A stretch of DNA of 64,000 nucleotides from Selaginella moellendorffii (GCF_000143415.4 NW_003314266.1:1014463-1078462), one strand, 5' to 3'. Numbered from the stretch's first letter, positions 1-11,232 are shown. Translations and numbers: made by a program. Notes: a model not told the origin generated them from the sequence alone.

Positions 1-475
1 AAATATATTCTTGTTCAACAAATGCCACAGTTAGTAGTTCTTTTAAAGATTACGTTAGATATTTAGTTATATACATTAAGTTTGTGCTTGTCTTTTCTTA
101 AAGATACTAAGAATGTTTAGTAAGTAAAAGTGTTTTGTTAACTAAACTTTAATCTAATGTCTTGACAAAAAACACGCTTATAGGATCAGCCACACGACGT
201 TTGCTCCTCTGGATTTAGGAGACGAGCTCGGACACGTCCAGCCTAACATTTAAACACCTAAAGGGCAAAAGGCAAATGCCTATGCCATTTTTCTCGCGAC
301 CATCAATGTTAGATCGGATGAATCACACGAAACAATCGCCAAATTTGCAGTTGATTTCGTTTGTCTTCGACTTTAACAAGAGAATCTCCCGAGCGTGCTT
401 CATTCTCGAAAGTCCCTGTACACCACCGTGCTACTTTCTCATCGCTAAAACCTCAAAAACATTTGCCAAGTTTTC

Positions 476-2527
476 TCAGCTTCCAGCTTCCATAGCCACC
501 CCTTGCGAAAAATGCTGCTTCACTGCCTCGAGATCCAGCGCTCTCCCAGCTGCCCGAAACCCCCTCCTTAGAACTTTGTACGTGACTTCGTTTGGAGCAC
601 AGCCTCTCTTCATCATCTCCTGGAAAACATCCCAGGCCGTGTCGACCATGGAAGAATCGATGAGACCCGTGATGAGAGCGCTGTAAGCCTGGACGTCGGG
701 ATTCACTCCCAGCTTCACCATATCCTCCACAAGCTTCTTCGCCTCTGGGATCCTCCCAGCTTTCGCCAGAGAGTAGATGAGAGAGGTATAAGTGTGGCAC
801 TCCGGAATGATACCCCTGTCGATCATCTCCTGGAACTGCAAGAAGGCCTCGCTCACCCGGCCTGCCTTCCCGAGACCATCGATCAAAATGGTGTAGCTCA
901 CCAGCGTTGGAGGAACCTCCTCTTTCTCCAGCATCTCCTTGAACAAGGAGAAAGCGCGATCGGTCTTGCCATCTTTGAAGAGCCCGTGCATCAAAACGTT
1001 GAAAGTCACGGCGTTGGGCTTGATCCCACTCGCGACCATCCTGTCGTAAACACCAAAGGCCTGATCGACCCTCTCTAGCTTGACGTAGCCGTCCATGAGC
1101 GAGTTGTAAGCAAAGCAGTCGGGGCCGACACCCGACTTAGCCATGAGCTCCAAGATCTCGCCCGCGGCCTCCACGTTTCCAATCTTCGAGAAGTTCTGGA
1201 TGATAGTCCCGTACGTGAGAGCGTCGGGAGCGCAGCCTTTCTCGATCATGCTGTCAAAGACGTGCCGGGCCTCCGGAACTCTGCCGGTGCTGAAGAGCAA
1301 GTCGATGAGACTGGTGTAGAGGATAACATCCGGTGCACACCCTCTGGCTGTCATCTCCGTCAAGACTTGGTACGCTTCTTCGGCCCTTCCCTTCGACAAG
1401 TAATAGCTGAGTAGCGAGGTGAAGATGAAGAGCCCCGGCTCACACCCCCTCTCTCGCATTTGCGCGATCACCTCCTTGGCTTCGTTGATCATGTCGAGCT
1501 TGCAAAACCCATGCACGATCGATCCATACGTCACAGCCGTCGGCTCGGGTCCCTTGGTGAGCATCACGTCGAGTAGCTTCCGAGCCTCGTCCATCTTGCT
1601 GGCCTTGGAAAAGCCATCGATCAAAGTCGTGTAGGTGATGGTGTCCGGGACGCAGCCTTTCTGGACCATCTGCTCGAAAACTTTGCAAGCGTCGGGGAGC
1701 ATCTGTGCCTTGCAAAGCCCATCGATGACAACCGTGTACGTTGTTCTCGTCGGGACGCACGACGATCCACTCATCTCCTCAAAGTTCTTGAGACCATCTT
1801 CGATCCTGCCAGCTTTGAGGAGTCCATCGATCACTGCGGTGTAGGCCACCACGTTTGGAGAACAGCCCGCGGTCTTGAGCTCCTCGAAGAGCTCGCAGGC
1901 CTCGTCGATCCTCTTGGAGTCCGCCAGCCCCTTGATCACGGTGGTGTAAGAGATCACATCCAGGCTCGCTTTTGGAGTGACTGCGCGGAAGTAGCTAAGA
2001 GCGTCATCCACTTGATCGCTGTCACACAGCGCCTTGAGGATGATCCCGTGAGTCACAGCGTTCTTGGCGATGGAGCGCCCCTCCATCTCTTTGAGCAAGG
2101 CAAAGACCTCGGGGAATTTCTTCTCAAGGCAGAAGCCGCGGATCAGCGTGTTGTACGTGTAGGCGTCGGGATTCTCCATCTTCTCCTTGAAGATCTCCAT
2201 CGCTTCCTTGACGCGGCGGCCGCGAACCATGGCGAGAAGGAGAGCGTTGTACGTGAATCGCGTGTGCGTGAATCCTTTCCTGGTCGCGGCCCAGTCGAAG
2301 AAGGGCTTGGCGTGATCGGTGCGCTCCAGCCTGCGAAGGACATCGCTGAAGGTGTCGTGGGAGAGCTTGCGATGATTGTTGCCCAGCAATTCGCTCACAT
2401 TCTCACCTGACTTGGCGCTCTCGAGAATGCAGAGCAGCGACTCGACCTGCCTGGCGTCGGCATTGGGGAGCTTGCAGGCGGAACGATAGATCCAGCGCCT
2501 CTGGATCGCCGCTCTCCACAAGAACAT
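476..2527 (-). CDS. P-class pentatricopeptide repeat protein, intronless, organelle-targeted
   Basis: 683-aa ORF with tandem 35-aa repeats (e.g. PDTITYTTLIDGFSKASKMDEARKLLDVM) and the FFDWA..RKGF.H pre-PPR motif. Confidence 0.95.
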   Translation of the reverse strand: MFLWRAAIQRRWIYRSACKLPNADARQVESLLCILESAKSGENVSELLGNNHRKLSHDTFSDVLRRLERTDHAKPFFDWAATRKGFTHTRFTYNALLLAMVRGRRVKEAMEIFKEKMENPDAYTYNTLIRGFCLEKKFPEVFALLKEMEGRSIAKNAVTHGIILKALCDSDQVDDALSYFRAVTPKASLDVISYTTVIKGLADSKRIDEACELFEELKTAGCSPNVVAYTAVIDGLLKAGRIEDGLKNFEEMSGSSCVPTRTTYTVVIDGLCKAQMLPDACKVFEQMVQKGCVPDTITYTTLIDGFSKASKMDEARKLLDVMLTKGPEPTAVTYGSIVHGFCKLDMINEAKEVIAQMRERGCEPGLFIFTSLLSYYLSKGRAEEAYQVLTEMTARGCAPDVILYTSLIDLLFSTGRVPEARHVFDSMIEKGCAPDALTYGTIIQNFSKIGNVEAAGEILELMAKSGVGPDCFAYNSLMDGYVKLERVDQAFGVYDRMVASGIKPNAVTFNVLMHGLFKDGKTDRAFSLFKEMLEKEEVPPTLVSYTILIDGLGKAGRVSEAFLQFQEMIDRGIIPECHTYTSLIYSLAKAGRIPEAKKLVEDMVKLGVNPDVQAYSALITGLIDSSMVDTAWDVFQEMMKRGCAPNEVTYKVLRRGFRAAGRALDLEAVKQHFSQGVAMEAGS

Positions 2528-2649
2528 CCCTCTTAGCTAGAACCCTAAATCCCGCATTTTTAAAATTTAGGGTTCCTCGTGACACTCAAGAACCCTAATT
2601 CTTTGTGCTCTTCGCTCTAGTGGAATCGCCTGAATGATCGAATGCGGCT
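2528..2649. promoter_or_regulatory. Probable bidirectional promoter with telo-box-like motifs
   Basis: 122 bp between divergent ATGs, containing AACCCTAA (2541, 2591) and TTAGGGTT (2567). Confidence 0.5.
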
Positions 2650-4812
2650 ATGGCGTCGTCGATCAGCAAGGGATCGACGACGCCATACGAGAGAATGCGG
2701 AGAGAGGGATTGCGCCCGAGCGCTCCCGTCGCCTTGCAAGCGCTCAAGGTATGCAGCAGCTCCAGGGATATCGAATCGGGCAGGAGAATTCACGCGCAGC
2801 TTGTCCAAAGCGGTGACGAATCCGGCATTTTCGTGGCCAACACTCTGATCGACATGTACTGCAAATGTGGGAGGATGAGCGATGCTCTCCGGATCTTCGA
2901 GGGGATGGAGCAGCACACAGTAGTGACCTGGACAGCATTGATCCTGGGATTCACACAGGACGGGCAAGGAGAGATAGCTCTCGAGATCTTCCTGGAGATG
3001 CAAGAGCAAGGCTGCGACCCAAATCGCGTGACTTTCATCGCTGCTCTCAAGGCCTGCGCGGCGCTGGGATCGAGCGACGAGAGAAGGAAGAATCGAGCAC
3101 TTTATCTTCGCAAGGGGAGAAGAATCCACTCGCAAGCGATGAAGAACAGTGTGGAGAACGATCCTTCGCTATCAAACACGCTGGTGGACATGTATGGGAA
3201 ATGCGGGGACTTGATGGAGGCACGGAGAGTTTTCGACAAGATGCTACGTCGATCGGTGGTGTCTTGGAGCGCCATAATCCTTGGATACGCCGAGAACGAC
3301 GAGCCGGAGATAGCTCTCGAGCTCTTCCAGCGCATGCAAGACGAAGAACACTGTGCTCCGAATCGCGTCACGTTTCTAGCAGCGCTCAAGGCCGCCGCAA
3401 ACTTGGCTTCCACCGAGGAAGGCAAACAGCTCGACGGGCGATTCGTGAAGATCAAGTGCCTCGAGAGGATCCGAGAGCTCCACTCTCGAGCAGCGAAGAC
3501 TCTGGAGAGCTTGGACACGGCCTTGCTCAACGCGCTGGTGGATGCGTATGGGAAGTGTGGAGCCGTGGTGGACGCTCGCAAAGTCTTCGATAGCTTGGCT
3601 CGACCAACGGTGGTGTCGTGGAGCGCGATCATTCACGGCTACGCTCACAGCGGTGATCCTCAGCTGGCTCTGGAGCTCTTCTCGCGGATGCAACGCGAAC
3701 GCTGCGCTCCAAACCGTGCCACCTTCCTCGCGGCGCTCAAGGCCTGTGGAAGCCTCGCAGCTCTCGACGCTGGAAGGAAGATCGAGGCACAGATCCACAG
3801 CGCCAGGCTCCAGGGAGATCCACTCGTGGCGACTTCGCTGGTAGACTTCTACGGCAAGTGTGGAAGCATGGAGGACGCTCAGCGAGTCTTCGACGACTCC
3901 ATCGCTGCGAGCAAAGATCTCGTTGCTTGGGACGCGCTGATAGCAGGATATAGTTGGCAGGGACGCTGCGACCAAGTTTTCTCCTTGCTCGAGAAGATGG
4001 AGCGAGAGGCCCGGCTCAAACCCGACGCTGTGACGTTCCTCTCCATCCTCAACGCTTGCATCCACGCCGGGCTCGTCGAGAAGGGAGAGGACTACTTCCA
4101 CGCCATGCTTCCGAAGTATGGCATCGCTCCCAGCATCAAGCACTACACTTGCATGGTGGATCTCCTCGGCCGGGCCAACCGGTTGGACGAAGCAGTGACA
4201 ATGGTTTTGACGATGCCGTTCGAGCCGGACTTGCGGATCTGGATGGCTGTTCTTCGAGCCAGTAAAGACGTGGAGATTGGAAAGCTCGCGTTTCAGTCCA
4301 TTCTCGGCCTCGATGAGAGAAACATGGCAGCTTACTCGATGATGAGCAATGTCTACGCCGTCGCCGGGATGCATGCCGAGAGTGCGAAGCTGGTCCAAGC
4401 CATTCGAGCCGGTGCTACAGCTCCAGGATCGTCCAGGCATTCCGGGAAGAGCTGGTGGACTGATCCGGCCACTGGCTTCGTGCATACTTTCGTCGCTGGG
4501 GAGTCCAGTGACGAGCTAGAACTGGTGCTGGACAAAGTCTCGGCTGGAGGACGCGAAAGGAGCAGTCTTGACGGGGAGGCTGTGCTGTGCGGTCACAGTG
4601 GCAATCTCGCCATCGCTCGCGGGGTCTTGAGCACGCCGCCTGGGGCGAGTTTGCGGGTGGTGAGCGACTTCTGGATTTGTAGAGAGTGCCACAGAGTCGC
4701 TGCGATGCTGTCCAAGGTTGAGCAGCGGAAGATCATCTGTCGAGACTACTCCAGCCGGTTCCATGTCTTCGAAGATGGTAGATGCTCCTGCAGTGAGAGC
4801 TGGACTTGTTAA
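2650..4812 (+). CDS. PLS-class PPR protein with E and degenerate DYW-type (WW-box) domain
   Basis: PLS repeats (NTLIDMYCKCG, VVSWSAIILGY), E domain (HYTCMVDLLGRA), GKSWWTD, CGHSGNLAIA, CRECH, RFHVFEDGRCSC. Confidence 0.93.
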   Translation: MASSISKGSTTPYERMRREGLRPSAPVALQALKVCSSSRDIESGRRIHAQLVQSGDESGIFVANTLIDMYCKCGRMSDALRIFEGMEQHTVVTWTALILGFTQDGQGEIALEIFLEMQEQGCDPNRVTFIAALKACAALGSSDERRKNRALYLRKGRRIHSQAMKNSVENDPSLSNTLVDMYGKCGDLMEARRVFDKMLRRSVVSWSAIILGYAENDEPEIALELFQRMQDEEHCAPNRVTFLAALKAAANLASTEEGKQLDGRFVKIKCLERIRELHSRAAKTLESLDTALLNALVDAYGKCGAVVDARKVFDSLARPTVVSWSAIIHGYAHSGDPQLALELFSRMQRERCAPNRATFLAALKACGSLAALDAGRKIEAQIHSARLQGDPLVATSLVDFYGKCGSMEDAQRVFDDSIAASKDLVAWDALIAGYSWQGRCDQVFSLLEKMEREARLKPDAVTFLSILNACIHAGLVEKGEDYFHAMLPKYGIAPSIKHYTCMVDLLGRANRLDEAVTMVLTMPFEPDLRIWMAVLRASKDVEIGKLAFQSILGLDERNMAAYSMMSNVYAVAGMHAESAKLVQAIRAGATAPGSSRHSGKSWWTDPATGFVHTFVAGESSDELELVLDKVSAGGRERSSLDGEAVLCGHSGNLAIARGVLSTPPGASLRVVSDFWICRECHRVAAMLSKVEQRKIICRDYSSRFHVFEDGRCSCSESWTC

Positions 4813-4924
4813 AACTCCGCGAGCTGCGATGGAAACTCTAGCGTCGACTCCAGCACCAAGCTGTGCTTCATCCTCACCATCTGCTTGGAAATCCTGGATC
4901 GAAGTTTTGCGATGAACTCATGGT

Positions 4925-6152
4925 CTATCGTGGAGTGTAGATGGGTCGAGCATCGGCAGAGGGCTGTATCTTCCTTGTATACTTCAGCAGCATCGACTCC
5001 ACAGTTTGTCCTGGGATCCTCACGTCCCTGAAACACAAAAGTCAAGCTCGACAAGCAAACAACAAAGCACACAAGTTACCTCAAGTAAGGCTCGAGATCG
5101 TTCCACTCCCACTTCGATCTTTCCTTGAACAAGGCTGCAAATCGAGCATCCGGTTGCGTAGGCAGAGAGGACGAGCTAAAGCGGTGCAGCCACGAGTCGG
5201 ACCCAAGCCTGGTAACCAGCGCCTCACCCCGGAGCATTTCCAGCTCTTCTTTCATTCCCGGCGGCAGTGCTCTTTGCCACGCTTCAAGGAACTCGTTCGT
5301 CTTCCATCTCCCTGTGCTCGACAAGAGCTCCCTCGCGTAGTGCAAACAGATCCGTTTCTCGTCCAGCTTCCACGAAGAGGACGATGGCTCCTCCACACCA
5401 AAAGTTGCTACGCAGTGCCGGACTAGCTGAGCCGGGTATCCATCGCCCTCGAGCACAGCCACCAATTCTTCCAGCGGCAGCAAGCTCAAACTCCAGTCCT
5501 GTTGGATGGCAGTCACCAGGATCATCTCTAGCAGTCCCTTCGTGTACTTCGGATCCACAGTCCTCCAAAAACCACCTATTTCCGCTGCAGCAAGAGCTCT
5601 AAGCCCATCCTTGAGCTGCTCTTCGCTTGCCTGGACGCTGTCCAGCAAATCTTCCCACGAGTAAAGACCATCTACGGTCTCGTTCTCGCTGTCTTCCGTG
5701 TAAGGCCTAGAACCGACGAGTACCTTGAGTTGATCTATTCTGGGAGCTATCTCCACAAGCTCCATATGTCCTCCCGCCGTGGCAATCACGTCAAGAGCGC
5801 CGCCACTTCCACCATCGCCAGCTTCTCCTGGAGGAACCAGCAGCATTGTGTTGGAAGTCGAGACGAACTTTAGAGCGTATGTCGTCCTGGAAGTGCAAAG
5901 AACCGCCTCCTCCTCCACACCTCCTTTTATGCTCAGCCTGTAAAAACCAAGGGCAAGAACAGAGAAAGATAGAGTGAACTTCCAGCGACGAAGAAAACAG
6001 AGAGAAAGATCTGTGTACCTGGATTGAAGAAGCTCTTGCACGACGCTTTCATCAACCTCTAGTAGCTTCAAATCGCTTGCCTTTTCGAAATGCTGGCTGT
6101 AGCGAACGGTGGTAGTGGATCCTAGCGGCAAGCCTGGCGCCTCCGCCTCCAT
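4925..6152 (-). CDS. DCC1: Sister chromatid cohesion protein DCC1 (3 exons; introns ~5938-6018 and 5028-5079)
   Basis: Motifs IKG..EEEAVLCT..TY.LK.V.TSNT.LL, VQASEEQL, RFAALFKERSKW..L.PYL; GT-AG introns join to C-terminal DVRIPGQTVESMLLKYTRK...*. Confidence 0.88.
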
Positions 6153-6215
6153 GGAAGAAAGAAATCCCTTTAGGGCTGCTAAAACCCATCACCCAGTAGC
6201 ATTTCTTTCACCACT

Positions 6216-8129
6216 TCAGTCCTCTGTTGTAGCGTCTTTACTCTTCTCGGTAGCCTCGGCAGTCTCTAGCGGCTGCACGAATCCTTTCTCGCACGCTTCG
6301 TCAAAGAATGCCTTGGCCTCCTCCATCCTCTGTGCGTCGTAGAGCCCCTGGATGATCGTCGTGTAAGTCGCAGCGTTGGGCTTGCAGCCATAAGAGCTGA
6401 GCAGCTTGAACAGCTCCAAGGCATCGTCCAGCCGGTTTGCTCTCGAGAATCCAGCGACGAGGATGTTGTAAGTCTGGATGTCCGGGAAGTTGTCACACTC
6501 CACCATCTGGAGCAGCAGCTTGAGACCATCGTCCACTCTCCCCAGCTTGCAGTAGCCATCCATGAGACTGTTGTAAGCCACTCGACTGGTCGCAACTTTC
6601 TTGGCCACCACCGTTTGATAGATCTCGTTGGCCTCGTCCACTTTCCCGGCCTTGCACAGAGCAAAGATGAGGGAGTCTTGGACCTCGAGGTACGGCTCGT
6701 AGCCACGCTCGATCATCTCGCGGTAGAGCTCGCAGGCTTCGTCCAGCTTCCCGTGGTTGGAGAGAGCCTCGATGAGAGTCATGAACGTTACATAGTCGCC
6801 AAGGCAGCCTGACTTACGCATCCTCTCGAAGAGCTCGTAAGCCTCGTCGACTCTGCCCAGCTTGCACAGCGGATCGATCAGGACGAAGTAGGCAGCAGCA
6901 TCGGGAATGCATCCGGCCGCCAGCATCTCCTCCAAGATCTTAAACCCCGTATCCAGGTCGCCAGCTTTGCAGTAGCCATGAATCACTGACGTGTAGAGGA
7001 AGACGTCGGGCCGGAAGCGCTTGAGAGCCTGGTTGAGCAGCTTGTGCCCGACTTGAGGCTGCCCGGCCTTGCAAAACCCGTGGATGAGAGTCGTGAAGGC
7101 GATCACGTCGGGCTCGCAGCCATTGTCTATCATACTGTTGAAGAACTTGTAAGCCTCGTCCATCTTATCGATCGAAGCCAGGCCGCTGATAACCGTGTTG
7201 TAGCTCACGATGGTCGGCTCGCATCCCATCGAAGGCATCTCCAGGAAGAGCTCGATCGCCTTGTCGATCTTCCTGGCCTTGCAGAGACCATTTAGAACGA
7301 TGTTGCAGTTGACAACGTCCGGCATCAACCCCGTCGTATGCATCTCCTTCAAACAATCCAGCGCCTCCTCCATTCTCTGCGCCTTGCTCAAGCCATCGAT
7401 CACTGTCCCATACGTGAACTTATTCGGAGCACACGTCTTGGCCATCTCTCGAAAATGCTCCACCCCCTCGCTCACTCTCCCGGCTCGGAACAGCGCCAGG
7501 AGCAAATTGTTGTGAGCTCGGACGTGCGCTGCGATGCCACTGTCCATCATCTCCTTGACGAGAACCAGCGCCTGGTCGATCTCCTTGGCGTTGCAAAAAC
7601 CAGCCACCAGCGTCGAGTACGTGAAAGAATCGGGGCTACACTGCGCCAGGAACTCGGCCTTGAAGATCGCGTAGGCCTCGAAGTGCTTGCTATCGCGCAC
7701 CATGGCGTGGAGGAGGCAATTCCACGAGTAAGTTACGTGGTGGAAGCCGTGCTGCCGCGACGCCCACCTAAAGAAAAAGAGCGCCGCATCAGCGTCCCTT
7801 AACTCGTTTAAAACTCTCCCTACCGTGGTGGGCGTGAGCTTGTAGCCCGCAGGCTTGGACGAGAGGAGGACGCCCAGCTCCGATTCCATCTCTGGCCCTG
7901 GACGATTGCTCTCGAGGAGATTCACCACGGCGTCCACGTAGCCGTCGTCGCCGGGCCTGCCGTAGCGGCTCGCCGCGCGGGGCGACACGGGCGCGGATTT
8001 TGGATTGGCACCGCAGCCGCGCGGAGCTGTGGAGGAGACGTACCGCGCGGCGGAGGGAGATCGATCGGCAGCGCCATGGCGGCGGAGGAGGAGGAGGAGG
8101 AGGCGTCTTGTTCGCGAGAATGTAGCCAT
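6216..8129 (-). CDS. P-class PPR protein, intronless
   Basis: 637-aa ORF, ALFFFRWASRQHGFHH followed by tandem PPR motifs. Confidence 0.95.
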   Translation of the reverse strand: MATFSRTRRLLLLLLRRHGAADRSPSAARYVSSTAPRGCGANPKSAPVSPRAASRYGRPGDDGYVDAVVNLLESNRPGPEMESELGVLLSSKPAGYKLTPTTVGRVLNELRDADAALFFFRWASRQHGFHHVTYSWNCLLHAMVRDSKHFEAYAIFKAEFLAQCSPDSFTYSTLVAGFCNAKEIDQALVLVKEMMDSGIAAHVRAHNNLLLALFRAGRVSEGVEHFREMAKTCAPNKFTYGTVIDGLSKAQRMEEALDCLKEMHTTGLMPDVVNCNIVLNGLCKARKIDKAIELFLEMPSMGCEPTIVSYNTVISGLASIDKMDEAYKFFNSMIDNGCEPDVIAFTTLIHGFCKAGQPQVGHKLLNQALKRFRPDVFLYTSVIHGYCKAGDLDTGFKILEEMLAAGCIPDAAAYFVLIDPLCKLGRVDEAYELFERMRKSGCLGDYVTFMTLIEALSNHGKLDEACELYREMIERGYEPYLEVQDSLIFALCKAGKVDEANEIYQTVVAKKVATSRVAYNSLMDGYCKLGRVDDGLKLLLQMVECDNFPDIQTYNILVAGFSRANRLDDALELFKLLSSYGCKPNAATYTTIIQGLYDAQRMEEAKAFFDEACEKGFVQPLETAEATEKSKDATTED

Positions 8130-8418
8130 AAACCCTAAATCTTAGTAAACCTAAAAGAAAGTATTATTTTTTGCCCCTTTAATGTGCTTTCATAAACCCT
8201 AATCTTGTTAAACCTTATTACCCTCTTTACCCCTTTAATGTGAAACTACAGGTTCTTGATGCTTTCACGCAAAAATTCGCGCACCAGGTCTATTCGGAGC
8301 ATCCAGTCCAGTTCCACTACACCGACCAAGTGCATTGCACATCCCTCTAGAAATTCCTTTAAAAACCCAGGGCATCTAAACTTTGTCCAAAGAAATTTCG
8401 GCCATTTCGCTCGTGAAA

Positions 8419-8986
8419 ATGCTGGAAGAATCCGACCAGATGCTCACTGTCTTGTTCCGCGATCTAAATCCAACTCCCTCGGCCTACTCCAATCCTCTCA
8501 CCGCCCCTCTCCTGGAATGCTTCGATTTCAGCGTTATTTGTAAGTTTCCTCTCGAGAAATCGATCAAATTCTACCTCGTCGCCTTTAGATCCGTGAGGAA
8601 AGCCACGGCAGACGATACGCTGCTCTATAAGCTCGATGCCGCCGCACAAGCGGAAGCTCTAGAATCTGGAGGCCTTCTCAGGGTAATCAAACTTCTCTAG
8701 ATCCAGAGATTTCTAGCACAAAATTGATGGAGATTTCTTTCTTTCGCAGTACTGGTATGGTCGATTAAACGCACAGAGGGAATGCCTTGCGATGTGTGTA
8801 TGGTCATCGAGAGACGCCGCGATTCGAGCCGGCACACTGCCGGCACACATCCAAGCCGCGTCCGTAGCGCACAGGATGTACGATACGTACTCTTTGGAGA
8901 GATACTGGCTCGAACTCTCGCCGTCTGGATCCCCAGATCGGCGCCTCACCGTCACGCTAAATACGATTAGCCAAACCAAACCGTAG
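8419..8986 (+). CDS. UPF0643-like protein (family I know mainly from fungi), 2 exons, intron 8683-8749
   Basis: Spliced product FYLVAFRSVRK.TADD.LLYKLDAAAQAEALESGGLLR|YWYG...CLAMCVWSSRDAA.RAG.LPAH..A...MYDTYSLERYWL; canonical GT..AG intron; start codon uncertain. Confidence 0.7.
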
Positions 8987-9320
8987 CGATTTTTTAACGG
9001 TAAGTAATCCGGCCCCGAGCGTCCGTTTTTACGTGCGTGCTTTGGAAATGATCTGCCATGCTGAGGTGGGCAGAGGACAGCCCTTGGATTTTTATAGGGC
9101 GATTTATTGTCAGGGGATCTTGTTTGTTACAATCGTTGATTTTTAAAAATCGTGCCGGGAATGATCATGCCAATCAGACGGCCGCTAACGCGTAGCTCGT
9201 GCAAGCCGTTGGATCGGCTTGGGATCCGACGGCTGTCATGTTTCTTGTTCGTCCAGGGATAGAGCAGGGAATTGGAAGCGCTGGGCTCGTGCGCCTGGGA
9301 AATCGACGATCGATCGATCG

Positions 9321-10472
9321 ATGGAGGACAATGTGATTCAATGTTTCAGAGGCGACGAGCTTCTTCTGGCGCCAGGGATGATCCAGGGGATGATCCCAGC
9401 GGCCGCCCTGGATAGCTTTCAGGTAAAGCACCTCGCGCATTGGTCTACCACAGAGCCGTCGTTCGTCCCGATCTTTGTCAAGTCCGATCCAATCCTCCAT
9501 CCCTCAAGCTGGCCGCCGCTGGAAATCGTGGAAGAATCGCAGGCGGGGGATGTGTTCTACGCGAATCCACTGGTGGACTGCCATGGCGTAGATTTTGATT
9601 TCCATCCAGCGGACAGGCGCCAGGGATTGAGCTGGGCGATGCAAAGTCCGCTGGCCGATGAGATTCTTCTAAGATGCGAGGCACTGCCCGATCTGGAAGC
9701 AGACATCCCGGAAGCGCGATTTCTCAAGAACGAGCCGATACGCTTTGCCGGATTCCTGGACGATGTCACTACCAGCTCGTCGGGAAGCGTTGTCGAAGAC
9801 TGCTGCGATTTCGATCAGATAATGGCGCCGGTAGCGCCGCAGCCCCAGATTTTTCACTCTCTCGGCGGATCATCGGCTTGTCCAAGCTCATGGTTTGGCA
9901 GTGATCAGAATCCTCGCTCGTCTGGGAACGAAGATCTGGAAGCCGCGCTTGGAAATGGGACCAGTTACGATGAGCCACCAAAGAAGCTGCTAAAGACGTC
10001 GCGGATTGAAGCTCGGGAGTGGGATGATCACGATCAGGGATTCAAGAGAAAGAACAAGGAAGAAGAAGAAGAACAAGAGGAAGAACTGGATCAGGAGAGC
10101 GATCTACATCCAGCCGAGAAGAAAAGATCATGCCAGAGATCCTCAAGGCAGCAGCAGCAGAGGGAGCCATGGAGCTCGATCGATCCACAGAGCGTGGCAG
10201 CGAGGCGCAGGAGAAAGAGGATCAGCGAGCGCGTCCGGTGGCTGGAGAAGCTCATCCCCGGCGGAAGCAAGATGGACACGGCGAGCATGCTCGGGGAGGC
10301 GATCCGCTACGTCAAGTTCCTCCAGCTCCAGGTGGAGCTCCTGGAAATGATCGGCGGCGGTGACGAAGATCACCACCGCCCGCCCAACTCGCCCCTCGTC
10401 CTGTCCGAGGAGCTCCAGGAGGTTCTCTTCCGGAAGAGGTGCTGTGTCGCGGCGATCAAACAGTCAACGTGA
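9321..10472 (+). CDS. Group VIII bHLH transcription factor (BONOBO/VIIIa-like; HECATE/VIIIb not excluded)
   Basis: [52 protein letters not shown] plus C-terminal [15 protein letters not shown]; first ATG at 9321. Confidence 0.85.
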   Translation: MEDNVIQCFRGDELLLAPGMIQGMIPAAALDSFQVKHLAHWSTTEPSFVPIFVKSDPILHPSSWPPLEIVEESQAGDVFYANPLVDCHGVDFDFHPADRRQGLSWAMQSPLADEILLRCEALPDLEADIPEARFLKNEPIRFAGFLDDVTTSSSGSVVEDCCDFDQIMAPVAPQPQIFHSLGGSSACPSSWFGSDQNPRSSGNEDLEAALGNGTSYDEPPKKLLKTSRIEAREWDDHDQGFKRKNKEEEEEQEEELDQESDLHPAEKKRSCQRSSRQQQQREPWSSIDPQSVAARRRRKRISERVRWLEKLIPGGSKMDTASMLGEAIRYVKFLQLQVELLEMIGGGDEDHHRPPNSPLVLSEELQEVLFRKRCCVAAIKQST

Positions 10473-10525
10473 AAAGTCAAAGGCCCCGGGAGAGTCAAGT
10501 CAGTGAGAGAGGAGTTCTTTTTTGT

Positions 10526-11071
10526 TTACTGCCCTTTGTTGTTCTTCTCGGCTTCCAATCGTTCCTTGGCTCTTTGGACCTTGGATTGAATGTAGAAGCT
10601 CCCGATCTTCGCGTTCCTCTCAAATAAGTTCTCATACTTCTGCGAAAATGCCAGCGTTGTCTAAGAGTTGATGATCTAACCCAAGAAAAAATCGTGTCAC
10701 CTTCAAGATTTCTTCCCACGGAGTTTTCTCGCTGACGCCCAAAATCATCCTGGCTTCGTGCAGCGACATTTTCTTGGTCGATTTCTCGGCGATATCTTGG
10801 AGCGTCTCCTGAGCCACGCCCGTTTTGGATGCATCTACAACACAGCATCCAAGTGAAAGGCTCCACAATCGTTTTTTAAAGAAAAAATCGCGGAGACAGC
10901 TAAAAACTCACTGATCAGCGCTTGCTTGTACGCTTGAGACACCGCGCGCAGCAAAATCCCCGACCCAATCACGATCAAATTCGCGATAACTTTCGCGATC
11001 TGGAAGCACGATCTGTTAGTAGCGGCCGCATTCTCCCTCCCGGATTGATCTACACGCACCTGACCCACCAT
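10526..11071 (-). CDS. PAM16: Mitochondrial import motor subunit PAM16 (4 exons)
   Basis: Spliced IAKVIANLIVIGSGILLRAVSQAYKQALI / MSLHEARMILGV..WEEILK / KYENLFERNAKIGSFYIQSKVQRAKERLE. Confidence 0.9.
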
Positions 11072-11232
11072 CTAGCCTCAAGAACCCTAATGTGCTCCTT
11101 CACACGTGGCACAATCAGCGCATGCCACGTAAAAAGCTGGTTTTACCGCCACGTGTAGGGCAAAAGGCATATGCTGACGGGGTTATTCTTTTCTTCTCTT
11201 CTTCGTGTTCTTCCTTCTTTCTTTGGGGAAGA

